A DNA stretch of 64,000 nucleotides, taken from the sequence record MW218148.1; one strand, given 5' to 3'. Every line of letters begins with the position of its first letter. The first letter of the stretch is position 1. The notes beneath the pieces were generated by a model that was not told the DNA's origin, made no database searches, and was given only the letters and a program-made list of their open reading frames with translations. Made by a program: the position numbers and the translations under genes. This document shows positions 46,679-56,216 of the stretch, piece by piece.

Positions 46679-48190
46679 ATGAAAATAGATATGGTCAATG
46701 TAGACCAAGTCATAACAGCATATAGTGCTAAAGAAGTTACTAATCCTATTTTCTTTGATTCAGGAACTTTACCTAAAGAAGACGGTTTATTCTCATATGA
46801 AATATTTGGTCTAATAGGTACTGATGAAAGAAAGAATAATATAGGATGGATAAACTTGGGAGGAAAATACCTAAATCCTGTAGCATATAAAGCTATGAAA
46901 GAATTAGATAAAAATATAGATTTATGTATTCAAGGATCTGATTACTTTAAAATTGAGAAAGGTCAATTAGTTCCAGATGAGAATGGTGAAACAGGTTTAA
47001 ACTTCTTATATGATAATTTTGAAGAACTTAAATTTAGAAAAAACGATTCTCGTATTAGAAGTGAAAAGATAGATATGATTAAAAATACTCCTAAAGATAG
47101 AATATTTACTGATAAATGGTTAGTTATTCCTTCTTTCTATCGTGACTTTAACCCTAATGAAACTTCAGGTGAAATTCAGGATACTGAAGAAATAAATGAT
47201 ATGTATGCATCAATTTTAAGATCAGTTGATTCTATTAGTTTTAACTCATTTGATTTCGTAGCTAATACGACTAAATATAATATTCAAAATAAATTATTTG
47301 AAATATACGTTAAATTAACTTCAGGAGAATTATCAGGTAAAACTGGTATGATGCAAAGAAATATTTTAGGTAAGACAGTAGATAATAGTACTCGTTCAGT
47401 TATTTCATCACCTAAAATCAATTCAAATAAATGGAATGAAATGCAGATTGAGTTTGGTCAGTTAGGCGTTCCATTAACTCAATTAGTAACATTATTCTTA
47501 CCTTTCTTTAATAAATATATTATTGACTTTATTGAGATTCATAAGGATGCTTTCCAAACAGCTACTGGAACTGATGAAAAGGAATTATCATTAGAAGAAG
47601 TATATGAACAATTTGATGATAAAGCTATTAAGAATATGTTGGAATACTTTATTAAAGATCCTAATGAAAGATTTAGTCCTATATATGTAAATGATAGACA
47701 AGGTAAAAAACATAAAGTTAAACTATTTGAAAACACTTTAGGTAGAGACTTTACTGTAATTGATTTACTTTATATAGCTGCTACAGAGATATGTGAAGAT
47801 AAGCATGTTATGTACAGTCGATACCCTATAGAAAATTTCCTAAATGTCGCACCTGCTAAAATTAAGATTTTAACTACAGTTGATACAATTCCTGAAATTA
47901 CTTTAGACGATATTGTACTTAAAGATTATCCTAAAGTTGTTCATGAATATCCTGTTGATGAAGATGTATTTATAGATACTGCTATTATACACAATTCATA
48001 CGCTGGAGCACTTGGCGCAGATTTTGATGGAGACATGATATCCATAAGATCTCTCTGGACTGTAGAAGCTAATAAAGAAGCTAATAAACTTCTTAATAAG
48101 AAAACTAACTATCTAAACTACACTGGTAATTCAGTACGTAACTTGGGTAACGAAAGTATTCAAGCTTTACACTCATTAACTAAAGAATAG
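46679..48190 (+). CDS. Multisubunit RNA polymerase beta-prime N-terminal/catalytic subunit
   Basis: DGLFSYEIFG, VIP..YRD, GKTG.MQRNILGK.VD.S.RSVI, RYP, GADFDGD catalytic loop. Confidence 0.92.
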   Translation: MKIDMVNVDQVITAYSAKEVTNPIFFDSGTLPKEDGLFSYEIFGLIGTDERKNNIGWINLGGKYLNPVAYKAMKELDKNIDLCIQGSDYFKIEKGQLVPDENGETGLNFLYDNFEELKFRKNDSRIRSEKIDMIKNTPKDRIFTDKWLVIPSFYRDFNPNETSGEIQDTEEINDMYASILRSVDSISFNSFDFVANTTKYNIQNKLFEIYVKLTSGELSGKTGMMQRNILGKTVDNSTRSVISSPKINSNKWNEMQIEFGQLGVPLTQLVTLFLPFFNKYIIDFIEIHKDAFQTATGTDEKELSLEEVYEQFDDKAIKNMLEYFIKDPNERFSPIYVNDRQGKKHKVKLFENTLGRDFTVIDLLYIAATEICEDKHVMYSRYPIENFLNVAPAKIKILTTVDTIPEITLDDIVLKDYPKVVHEYPVDEDVFIDTAIIHNSYAGALGADFDGDMISIRSLWTVEANKEANKLLNKKTNYLNYTGNSVRNLGNESIQALHSLTKE

Positions 48191-48201
48191 GATGAAGACT
48201 A

Positions 48202-48756
48202 ATGTCTAAAGAAAAATATTTAATAGATGATATTGTTATCTATATAGATAAAGATGAAAAGAATAAAGAAAAGAAAATTAATGAAGAATATCATATTCAA
48301 AATCTAAAAACTGGGTTCTATCATAAGTACATCTCAAATATTCCTAAAGAAGATTTAATGATCCCTGTAGGAATTAAAGATGAAAATTTTAATAATAAAC
48401 ATTATATGAATGGTAAAGAGCTAAATGATATAGTTCTTTCAGGTTTCACTATATATTATATAAAAGATGAAGATAGACTTTCTATTGTATTCTTTATGTA
48501 TGAAGATGATGAAAGAAAAAATTTAGCTTATGAAAAACAATTGGATAAAGATTTTAAAAATAATTTCCAATTAGATTTCTATAAAGATAAAGATTTTGAA
48601 TTAAATGAAAATGGTTTAATTGATTTAGATAAAACTATTTATTTTATAAGTAAAGTTTTAGAAGAAGCCAATAATAGAAATATTTCTATTTATAAAGAAG
48701 ACGGGTTTAATATGATAAATCCATATGAAAATTCTAAGTTAATTATGAAAGAATAA
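48202..48756 (+). CDS. Hypothetical protein
   Basis: 184-aa ORF. Confidence 0.7.
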   Translation: MSKEKYLIDDIVIYIDKDEKNKEKKINEEYHIQNLKTGFYHKYISNIPKEDLMIPVGIKDENFNNKHYMNGKELNDIVLSGFTIYYIKDEDRLSIVFFMYEDDERKNLAYEKQLDKDFKNNFQLDFYKDKDFELNENGLIDLDKTIYFISKVLEEANNRNISIYKEDGFNMINPYENSKLIMKE

Positions 48757-48767
48757 ATTTAAAAAAT

Positions 48768-48803
48768 GGGGTAACGGACAATTATAGTTCGTTACCTCTA
48801 TTA
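48768..48803 (+). terminator. Hairpin terminator
   Basis: GGGGTAACGGAC / GTTCGTTACCTC. Confidence 0.65.
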
Positions 48804-48832
48804 TATTGCAAAAATGAATCCAATAATATTTT

Positions 48833-48845
48833 AAATATATATTAT
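48833..48845 (+). promoter_or_regulatory. Putative early promoter
   Basis: AAATATATATTAT. Confidence 0.6.
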
Positions 48846-48900
48846 AATTATGAAGAAGTTAAAATAATACTTCTAATACAATATAAAAGGATGATAAATT

Positions 48901-49197
48901 ATGACAATAAAAATTATTAAAAATGAAATACTACAAGAGGCTGTAGAAGGAAAACAACATAACGGTGGAGGTTACGAGCATACTCGTACAACTTTCGAAT
49001 TCCAAGGGAAACAAGGAATTTTCGAAGACACTTCTTGTGGTGATTTCGGTAGCAGATTCTTCATGGAATTCGATGGAAAAATGGCTATGTGGGGAAGTAT
49101 GATTGATGAGGAACTCGAATACAGTGAATTCGATGAACAAGAACAATCAGAACTTCTAGAGCATTTTAGAGTTCCTGTTTTTGAAGAAACAATCTAG
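48901..49197 (+). CDS. Small acidic hypothetical protein of atypical composition
   Basis: 98 aa, AAAAGGA RBS, visibly more GC-rich than neighbours, TTC/GAA codons. Confidence 0.75.
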   Translation: MTIKIIKNEILQEAVEGKQHNGGGYEHTRTTFEFQGKQGIFEDTSCGDFGSRFFMEFDGKMAMWGSMIDEELEYSEFDEQEQSELLEHFRVPVFEETI

Positions 49198-49235
49198 GAC
49201 ACTAATGTCCTAGATTTCTCTTTATTTTTTTTTCT
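49191..49235 (+). terminator. Intrinsic terminator
   Basis: AATCTAGGACA-ctaa-TGTCCTAGATT plus long T tract. Confidence 0.8.
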
Positions 49236-49259
49236 AAAAAAATATTCTATTTTATATGT

Positions 49260-49272
49260 AAATATATATTAT
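49260..49272 (+). promoter_or_regulatory. Putative early promoter
   Basis: AAATATATATTAT. Confidence 0.6.
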
Positions 49273-49315
49273 AAAAATAGATGTAATTAAATATATTGAA
49301 AGATGGTGTTTTTAT

Positions 49316-50011
49316 ATGGAAAATATTAAATTGTATAGAAATTTAGAGAATGATGAGAAATTTGTATTACCTAAAGGTGATAACGATAATGGAAGATTTC
49401 TTTTTGAAGTTATAGAGCAGATAAATAATAATACTTATCCTTTTTATGAAAATCATCCTATTAAATTAAGTCAATATTATGGAGTATTAGAAGAGAAAAT
49501 AATGAATTTCCATTGTTATACGTATTCTGATATTATTATAAATTTAAAAAATTTAATTGGAATAGATGAAGATGTATTAATTAAAAGTGTTAAAGATGAG
49601 GATTCCAAAACTTCATCAATTGTTTGTTTTACTGATCCCAATACACTTGATGAAGGTATCTATGAAAGTATGTTTAATATTGTGTTAAATACAAAACAAG
49701 ATAAGGAAATAATTGAGATATTAAATAATTATGAGAATGATATGTTTTTTATAAGAGCATATGAAATGCTTAAAGATCAAGTTGTTGTTAAAGTAGAATT
49801 TAAACAAGATTATTTGTCTGATACAGAAAAAGGTATATATGAATCATTAGATAAATTAATATATTATATATTGGGAGATTTAAAAATCAAAGTACATGAT
49901 ACATATATGTACTTTATGGATTTCTTAAGATGGAATTTGAAATTTATTGCTGAAGAAATTACTGATGAAAAAGAAATTAAAGATTATTTAACTAGAGAAA
50001 GTTTTAAATAA
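49316..50011 (+). CDS. Accessory paralog-family protein (C-terminal tag)
   Basis: Ends EEITDEKEIKDYLTRESFK. Confidence 0.75.
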   Translation: MENIKLYRNLENDEKFVLPKGDNDNGRFLFEVIEQINNNTYPFYENHPIKLSQYYGVLEEKIMNFHCYTYSDIIINLKNLIGIDEDVLIKSVKDEDSKTSSIVCFTDPNTLDEGIYESMFNIVLNTKQDKEIIEILNNYENDMFFIRAYEMLKDQVVVKVEFKQDYLSDTEKGIYESLDKLIYYILGDLKIKVHDTYMYFMDFLRWNLKFIAEEITDEKEIKDYLTRESFK

Positions 50012-50035
50012 GCGAGTTAAAAGGAGGAATTATTA

Positions 50036-50710
50036 ATGGAAGGTTATGATTTTGACTTATATATAATAAACAAAGATTTGAAAAATAATCATTTTATGAA
50101 AATAAATAGAGAAAAATATATTAATGATAGAGATTATATTGAAAAAGTAAATACCATTAATATAATAAAATTATTAAATCATGATGCTGATACTGATTAT
50201 GAAAATATAATATCGTTTAAGGTTAATTGTAAATTAAAACTAAGAGGTTTTGATAATTATAAAGATATTACATTACGTTACTATCAGAATATGAATGACC
50301 ACCAAACTAATTTTGCTGGTATAATATTTACTTCCACTGAGTTAAATATTATAACTAAAGAGAAAGATAATAGTTATTTAGAAGATGAGATATTTTATGA
50401 GTTTAATATGATGAAAAGAAAAAATTTAGGTATGAATAACAAAAAGAATACGCTTAGGGTTAAAACAAGTGAATCAATAACCTTATCGGACATTGATGAA
50501 AAATATCCTATAACTTATTTATCGATTAATAAATTTACAAAAGAATTCTTGAAGATGATAACTGAATTAAATAAATATGAAGACATACAGTTTTTAATTG
50601 ATGAAAAATATTATAGTGTAAAAGATATAAATTTATGCAATGAAAATTTATTTAGAACTGCAACTGATAAGGAATTCAAGAATTATCTAGTTAAAAAAGG
50701 TTTTAGGTGA
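50036..50710 (+). CDS. Accessory paralog-family protein (C-terminal tag)
   Basis: Ends FRTATDKEFKNYLVKKGFR. Confidence 0.75.
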   Translation: MEGYDFDLYIINKDLKNNHFMKINREKYINDRDYIEKVNTINIIKLLNHDADTDYENIISFKVNCKLKLRGFDNYKDITLRYYQNMNDHQTNFAGIIFTSTELNIITKEKDNSYLEDEIFYEFNMMKRKNLGMNNKKNTLRVKTSESITLSDIDEKYPITYLSINKFTKEFLKMITELNKYEDIQFLIDEKYYSVKDINLCNENLFRTATDKEFKNYLVKKGFR

Positions 50711-50720
50711 AAATTGTATT

Positions 50721-50733
50721 AAGTATATATTAT
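50721..50733 (+). promoter_or_regulatory. Putative early promoter
   Basis: AAGTATATATTAT followed by a hairpin at 50740-50770. Confidence 0.6.
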
Positions 50734-50802
50734 AAAAATGAGATAATGAATTAATATAATTCATTATCTCTATATTAATTTAATTAGGAGAGTGAAAAGG
50801 AT

Positions 50803-51417
50803 ATGATTTTAGAAAAAAATAAGTTTTATTATAATAAAAATATCGATGAGCTTTTTATAATTGGTAAAGATGAAAGTGATATTAATGATAAGATAAATAA
50901 GCTATATTATAAAAAATTAATAGAAACAAATTTAAATTACTATAGCTTACATGATGACCTTTATTATAACATGAATTTACGTTTTGATTTAATTGATAAT
51001 GAAGATATACATTTTAGTAATATGTATAATGGAGTTAGAAAGAATATTTCAGTAGATACCTTAGAATTTTCATATACAAAAGTTAAAACTAATGAAGTAA
51101 TTCTACAATTAGAAACTTTTATTAGTAGACTTAATGATCCACAATTTTTAGAAGTTGATAAGGATTCAAATTCACAAGGTGTTAGTATAACAATGGTAAA
51201 AAGATTTTATGAAAAAGATATTAAAGGTTATGATCAGCACGAAAATGATTTATACAAATTATCTGATTTGATGGACAAAATGATTAAAGAAGAGAATGAT
51301 GGAAATATTAAAATCTTCATAAAAGGTATTGATATATTTGAACCTCATGCATATTTTAGAGAATTAGAAGATGAAAGAGAAATTAAAAATATTTTGGTTG
51401 AGAAGAACTTTAAATAA
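50803..51417 (+). CDS. Accessory paralog-family protein (C-terminal tag)
   Basis: Ends YFRELEDEREIKNILVEKNFK. Confidence 0.75.
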   Translation: MILEKNKFYYNKNIDELFIIGKDESDINDKINKLYYKKLIETNLNYYSLHDDLYYNMNLRFDLIDNEDIHFSNMYNGVRKNISVDTLEFSYTKVKTNEVILQLETFISRLNDPQFLEVDKDSNSQGVSITMVKRFYEKDIKGYDQHENDLYKLSDLMDKMIKEENDGNIKIFIKGIDIFEPHAYFRELEDEREIKNILVEKNFK

Positions 51418-51437
51418 ATACTTAATAGGAGGTCAAT

Positions 51438-52085
51438 ATGAAAGATATTAAACTTTATAAAAATAAGTCAACTGGAGTTAAGTTTTTATTAGATAAAAAT
51501 GAGAAAGGTAAATTTCTTGGTAGAGCTTTAACTGAAATAAATAATTCTGCAAGAGATAAGGAATTCATAATAGAAAAACTTTATAAAAGTTATATGTTTA
51601 CGGATAAACTAAGATTATTCTTCTTTGTATATTCAGATATTAAAATAAACTTAAAGAAACTTATAGGTAGAGATGAAATCATCGATATTGAATATAAGCA
51701 ATTAAATAATTCATTTGAAATTAATAGTGTCTATAACTTTATGTATTTTCATTTAGCTTTATATCCAGAAAATCCTAAAACTTTAAATAAACTATTGAGA
51801 TACAATAATGAAGATTATAGTGTTGGTAGCTGTATAAATGCAGATAAATTATTAGATATAAAAATTATATTCAAAGATGACTATTATAATAGAAATGGAG
51901 AAATCGATCCTTTTCACGCATTGGATCTTTTTATAGAATATATACTGGATCAAACAGAAGTTAAGTATGAAGGAAAATTTATACCCTTTATGGAATTAGT
52001 TGATATTCTGTTTGATTTATCTGTAGAAGAAGTTAAAGATAAAAAGGAATTTAGAGAATACGTAGTTAGAAAAAATTTTAAATAA
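51438..52085 (+). CDS. Accessory paralog-family protein (C-terminal tag)
   Basis: Ends VEEVKDKKEFREYVVRKNFK. Confidence 0.75.
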   Translation: MKDIKLYKNKSTGVKFLLDKNEKGKFLGRALTEINNSARDKEFIIEKLYKSYMFTDKLRLFFFVYSDIKINLKKLIGRDEIIDIEYKQLNNSFEINSVYNFMYFHLALYPENPKTLNKLLRYNNEDYSVGSCINADKLLDIKIIFKDDYYNRNGEIDPFHALDLFIEYILDQTEVKYEGKFIPFMELVDILFDLSVEEVKDKKEFREYVVRKNFK

Positions 52086-52094
52086 AGGATAGGA

Positions 52095-52730
52095 GTGATG
52101 TTTATGGATAAAGAGAATATGTATAAGGTTAAAGGTAAACAAGAATTAGTTGAATTTAATAAAGATAAGTACATTAATGAAGATGAATATAGATTTAAAA
52201 TGATTGCAGATGTCTTAAAAAGATTTTATGTAAAAGATACAAGACTAAACGTACCTTTCACAAAAATTTTAAATTTACCAAAAAGTATTTTAAAATTAAA
52301 ATTATCTTATATAGAAATGGAATATAAACAGACGACAATTTATAAATCACCAAATCTAATGCAGACTTGGTCAGAAATTATCTTTTATTTCAATGAAAGA
52401 AATAATGACCATTATATTGATATATTATACAATTATTATGATAAAAATAATAATGAAATAGAAATAATTGACAATGGTAATAAATTACGTATTATGTATT
52501 TGCATGAAGAACCAAAAGATAATATGAAAGTTTCAGAAATAATCATTAGTAATTTCCTAAATAAATTTCTTCTCAATTTAAAAAGATTTGATGATTATGT
52601 AGATTTGGAAGTTTTATTAAATAACAAATTTCATAGCATAGACGATGTTAATATGCTTAATGAAGATTTATTTGCTCCAGCTACAGATAAAGATATTAAA
52701 AATTACTTAATAAACAAGAATTTTAGTTAA
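52095..52730 (+). CDS. Accessory paralog-family protein (C-terminal tag)
   Basis: Ends FAPATDKDIKNYLINKNFS. Confidence 0.75.
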   Translation: MMFMDKENMYKVKGKQELVEFNKDKYINEDEYRFKMIADVLKRFYVKDTRLNVPFTKILNLPKSILKLKLSYIEMEYKQTTIYKSPNLMQTWSEIIFYFNERNNDHYIDILYNYYDKNNNEIEIIDNGNKLRIMYLHEEPKDNMKVSEIIISNFLNKFLLNLKRFDDYVDLEVLLNNKFHSIDDVNMLNEDLFAPATDKDIKNYLINKNFS

Positions 52731-52785
52731 ATCAATTAACTTTCTTTTATATTAATTAATATGATGGAAGTGAGTTGAAAAATAA

Positions 52786-53565
52786 ATGTCTGATAATATT
52801 GAAATTGATTTGATATCACAAATTAATGATATGATGGAAGAATATAAAATGTTAGTAAAATTTAAGGATAAAATGGAAAAGAAAGAGGTTCAGTTAGAAC
52901 ATCGTATAATGGACTTAACTAAAAATCTAAAATATCCTAAGCATACATTTGTATCTAACATGGAGGCTAATATCATATCTGTAGAGAAAGAAATTAAGGA
53001 CACTATTATGCAAATGAAAAATGTTAAGAAAGATATTATAGACTTAACTATGAAAGCACAGAAAATGTCTATTGATGATGAATCAGAAGATAATTACAAA
53101 GAGCTTGCTAAAAATGTTCTTAATCAACTTAATACAATGTCTAATAAAGACATCTTAAATAGTATGATAGAACCAGAAGATGATACTAATGAAGATGATG
53201 ATTTTATTGGAGAATTAGATAGTAAGTTAGCTGAATTGGATGAAGAAGATAAAATGATTAATAAAGACTTAGATCGTAAAGAAGAGTTAAGTCAAGAAGT
53301 TAATGATCTTGATCAACAAGATTTATCATCTATACTGAAAGTTTATAAAGGTACTTTACAATTCTTCGTCATGGGAGATGAAGCGGACGAGTATGAATTA
53401 TTAGTCGCTGATATGGATATGAATATTATAGAAGAAGATGATCTTCAAGATGAATATCCAGAATTATTCACTATGACTAGAGATCTAGTATTTGAAGATG
53501 TTGAAGGTAGAGATGATATAGTTAAAGATGAATTCGGAAACTTATATCAAAAAGCTGAATTTTAA
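52786..53565 (+). CDS. Acidic hypothetical protein with N-terminal coiled coil
   Basis: 259-aa ORF, GGAAGTG RBS. Confidence 0.75.
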   Translation: MSDNIEIDLISQINDMMEEYKMLVKFKDKMEKKEVQLEHRIMDLTKNLKYPKHTFVSNMEANIISVEKEIKDTIMQMKNVKKDIIDLTMKAQKMSIDDESEDNYKELAKNVLNQLNTMSNKDILNSMIEPEDDTNEDDDFIGELDSKLAELDEEDKMINKDLDRKEELSQEVNDLDQQDLSSILKVYKGTLQFFVMGDEADEYELLVADMDMNIIEEDDLQDEYPELFTMTRDLVFEDVEGRDDIVKDEFGNLYQKAEF

Positions 53566-53573
53566 TTAAATTT

Positions 53574-53608
53574 TACCCATAATATATTATTATAATGTAT
53601 TATGGGTA
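53574..53608 (+). terminator. Hairpin (terminator or regulatory)
   Basis: TACCCATAATA / TATTATGGGTA. Confidence 0.55.
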
Positions 53609-53629
53609 TTTATTATAGGAGGAAAGAAA

Positions 53630-53977
53630 ATGGGATTTGAATTAAGTATATATGGAATTAATAAAAGTAAACAAAGAGAATTACAATGGTATCTTGATTA
53701 TGGTAGGTATGAAAGAGAAAAACACCATGTTTTTGAATTGTATTTAAATAGACCTAATGAACTTTATAAAGTATTTTCTTCTAAATCAAAAAAGAATCAA
53801 AAGGATGATGAAATCATTGTTATTTCTAACGAAGATTTAAGAGAGTTAATGATTAGTGATTTAAGAGAAGATAATTTCTATTATGATTTATCTGATTATT
53901 ATAAACTAATGTCAGAAATAACTAAAATTGATAGAGTTAAAAATGACTTCTATCTTATATTAGATCCATCATTTTAA
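53630..53977 (+). CDS. Hypothetical protein
   Basis: 115-aa ORF, AGGAGG RBS. Confidence 0.7.
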   Translation: MGFELSIYGINKSKQRELQWYLDYGRYEREKHHVFELYLNRPNELYKVFSSKSKKNQKDDEIIVISNEDLRELMISDLREDNFYYDLSDYYKLMSEITKIDRVKNDFYLILDPSF

Positions 53978-53994
53978 TAAAGAGGAGAATTATT

Positions 53995-54129
53995 ATGTTG
54001 AAAAGATTATATGAATTATTATCTAAAAAGAGATATGAAAGTAAATTAAAAGAATTTATGTTTACTTATCATGACCATGAACATCTTAATGAAGTTCATG
54101 AATACAATAAAAAGGAGAATGATAAATAA
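53995..54129 (+). CDS. 44-aa hypothetical protein missed by the ORF track
   Basis: AGAGGAG RBS; MLKRLYELLSKKRYESKLKEFMFTYHDHEHLNEVHEYNKKENDK; its stop overlaps the next ATG (TAATG). Confidence 0.65.
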   Translation: MLKRLYELLSKKRYESKLKEFMFTYHDHEHLNEVHEYNKKENDK

Positions 54130-54539
54130 TGCTATCAGAATACAAATTAAACTCAAGTAAAGAAGATATCAAACAAGAATTAAGAAATTATGGATTCAGA
54201 AAAGATTCTTATACTAAAGCACTGATATACAGAAAGAGAGTAACTAATCCTAATGATGTTTTATTTATAGAAGCTGAAATTGTTATTGAAACTAATTCAA
54301 ATTTAGTTAAGTTAAACTACTATGACAATAAGCATAATAGATTTAATCCATCCAATGAATCTGATGAAGTTAAAAAAGGTTTATCTATATTGGATGACAT
54401 GAAGGAAAAAGGACTTTTAGTTGAACCTGAATTGATTCAAAATGAAGAAGAAAAAGAAGTATTAGATAGATTAGCTCAACAACGTGAAGAAATGGAAAAT
54501 GGACAAGTTGCACCAAATCCAGATAATGATGAAAATTAG
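54129..54539 (+). CDS. Hypothetical protein
   Basis: 136-aa ORF, AAGGAG RBS. Confidence 0.7.
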   Translation: MLSEYKLNSSKEDIKQELRNYGFRKDSYTKALIYRKRVTNPNDVLFIEAEIVIETNSNLVKLNYYDNKHNRFNPSNESDEVKKGLSILDDMKEKGLLVEPELIQNEEEKEVLDRLAQQREEMENGQVAPNPDNDEN

Positions 54540-54542
54540 AAT

Positions 54543-54555
54543 AAATATATATTAT
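54543..54555 (+). promoter_or_regulatory. Putative early promoter
   Basis: AAATATATATTAT followed by a hairpin at 54565-54594. Confidence 0.6.
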
Positions 54556-54623
54556 AAAAATGATATCTCAATACTATTAATTTAGTATTGAGATTATTAT
54601 GTCGGGTTAGGAGATGAAAAATA

Positions 54624-55418
54624 ATGGGAAAAGAAACATTTTTAATTAAAGAAGATGACAGGTTAATTGATAATGATATAGACTTTGTAAGTAGATGCCA
54701 ATATACTTCATATATTTTATCAAATATCTTTTTCGAAAAATTTAAAAAAGATATATACTACACTCGTCTAACACAATTTTTTGATGATATGTATCTATCT
54801 AGTAAATTTGGTTTTTATGATGAGGATCGTGAATTAAATATATTCAGTCAGCATATATTTGAACAATTCTTATTCAAAACTTCCAATAGTGATAATCAAT
54901 TTGGACAATTTAGAGTGGATATAAACTTTCAACCTGTTGAAGAAACTTTTATGTTAAAGATTTATTTTGAAAGTGACACAGAAGAAGAATTATTTGATAA
55001 ATTCACAGATGGATATTTAGGGAAATATAACGTTTTAAATCAAGGTAAAAGTCCTAATATTTATTATAAGGATAAGGAACGTCTAATTCAAGAATTAAAA
55101 GAATTAAATGAATACACAAAACAAATAGGACATTATGATCCTAAAATTGATCATACGAAAATAGTAGATTATCTGATAGAGGAAAAAGAATATATCATAA
55201 TGAATTTGATATACCAAATTCATTATATACCATTAATGACTCTTTATGAATTATCTTCAATGCATGATATTGAATTCTTTATAGAATTCAATAATGGATG
55301 GTCAATAGAATTAATAAATATAAAAGACATTATTGAAAAAGATGTTAATAAACTATTTATGAGATTTAAAACAGAAAAAGATGCAAGAAACTATAAAGTT
55401 AAAAAGGGGTTTTCTTAA
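54624..55418 (+). CDS. Accessory paralog-family protein (C-terminal tag)
   Basis: Ends KTEKDARNYKVKKGFS. Confidence 0.75.
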   Translation: MGKETFLIKEDDRLIDNDIDFVSRCQYTSYILSNIFFEKFKKDIYYTRLTQFFDDMYLSSKFGFYDEDRELNIFSQHIFEQFLFKTSNSDNQFGQFRVDINFQPVEETFMLKIYFESDTEEELFDKFTDGYLGKYNVLNQGKSPNIYYKDKERLIQELKELNEYTKQIGHYDPKIDHTKIVDYLIEEKEYIIMNLIYQIHYIPLMTLYELSSMHDIEFFIEFNNGWSIELINIKDIIEKDVNKLFMRFKTEKDARNYKVKKGFS

Positions 55419-56200
55419 TGGGAAAAATTAATAAATACTACACTAGTAAAGCTGAAGAAGGATTTATGGAATTGACTTTTGATGAAGAAGAAACAAAATA
55501 CTTTGACTTTAAGTGGAAAGTCTTAAGCGAATTATTCGCTGAAATGCAGTTAAAACATAATAAAAGATTTTTCATAACTCAAGAAGAGTATGATGATGAT
55601 GATGGTTTATTTGGTATTAGTTTAGACTTTGATGCTTTTCCTACAGTGAAATACAAATACAAGGGTAAAACAAACAAAATGGAAATTCTCCTATACGCTA
55701 CAATACGTTTTAGCCTAAAAGAAGAAGACGATAACTATATCAAGTTTAAGGTTATCCCTGTATATAATAATAGTGTGATAGGTAATCGATTATTTAATAA
55801 GAGATCTGGTATATTTGGTGAAAAGAGTGGAGAATTAAATTTACCGCATAGCTTTAATAAAGAAATTATCTCTCGATTTTTAAAATATTATAAAAGTCAT
55901 ATAAGAAAAGGGAAAAGACCTGTAGAAATCAAAGATGATTTACACAAGATATTTAAAGATACAAATAAAACAATCTTTGAATTACTAGATCAAATACAAG
56001 ACCATTCGGATATTGAATTTCTTATATCACCAGATTGGAATTTTAGTGATAAAGAAAAAACAAAAGAAGAAGGCTTTAGTTTTGAAGAAGAATATGAAAA
56101 GTATATCAGTTTAGATGAATTTGATGCTGATGCATATTTTAGAGAAATAACTGATGAGAAAGAAATTAGAAATTTAAAAATTAATAGACATTTTAAATAA
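55418..56200 (+). CDS. Accessory paralog-family protein (C-terminal tag)
   Basis: Ends YFREITDEKEIRNLKINRHFK. Confidence 0.75.
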   Translation: MGKINKYYTSKAEEGFMELTFDEEETKYFDFKWKVLSELFAEMQLKHNKRFFITQEEYDDDDGLFGISLDFDAFPTVKYKYKGKTNKMEILLYATIRFSLKEEDDNYIKFKVIPVYNNSVIGNRLFNKRSGIFGEKSGELNLPHSFNKEIISRFLKYYKSHIRKGKRPVEIKDDLHKIFKDTNKTIFELLDQIQDHSDIEFLISPDWNFSDKEKTKEEGFSFEEEYEKYISLDEFDADAYFREITDEKEIRNLKINRHFK

Positions 56201-56216
56201 AAGGAGAAATAATATA

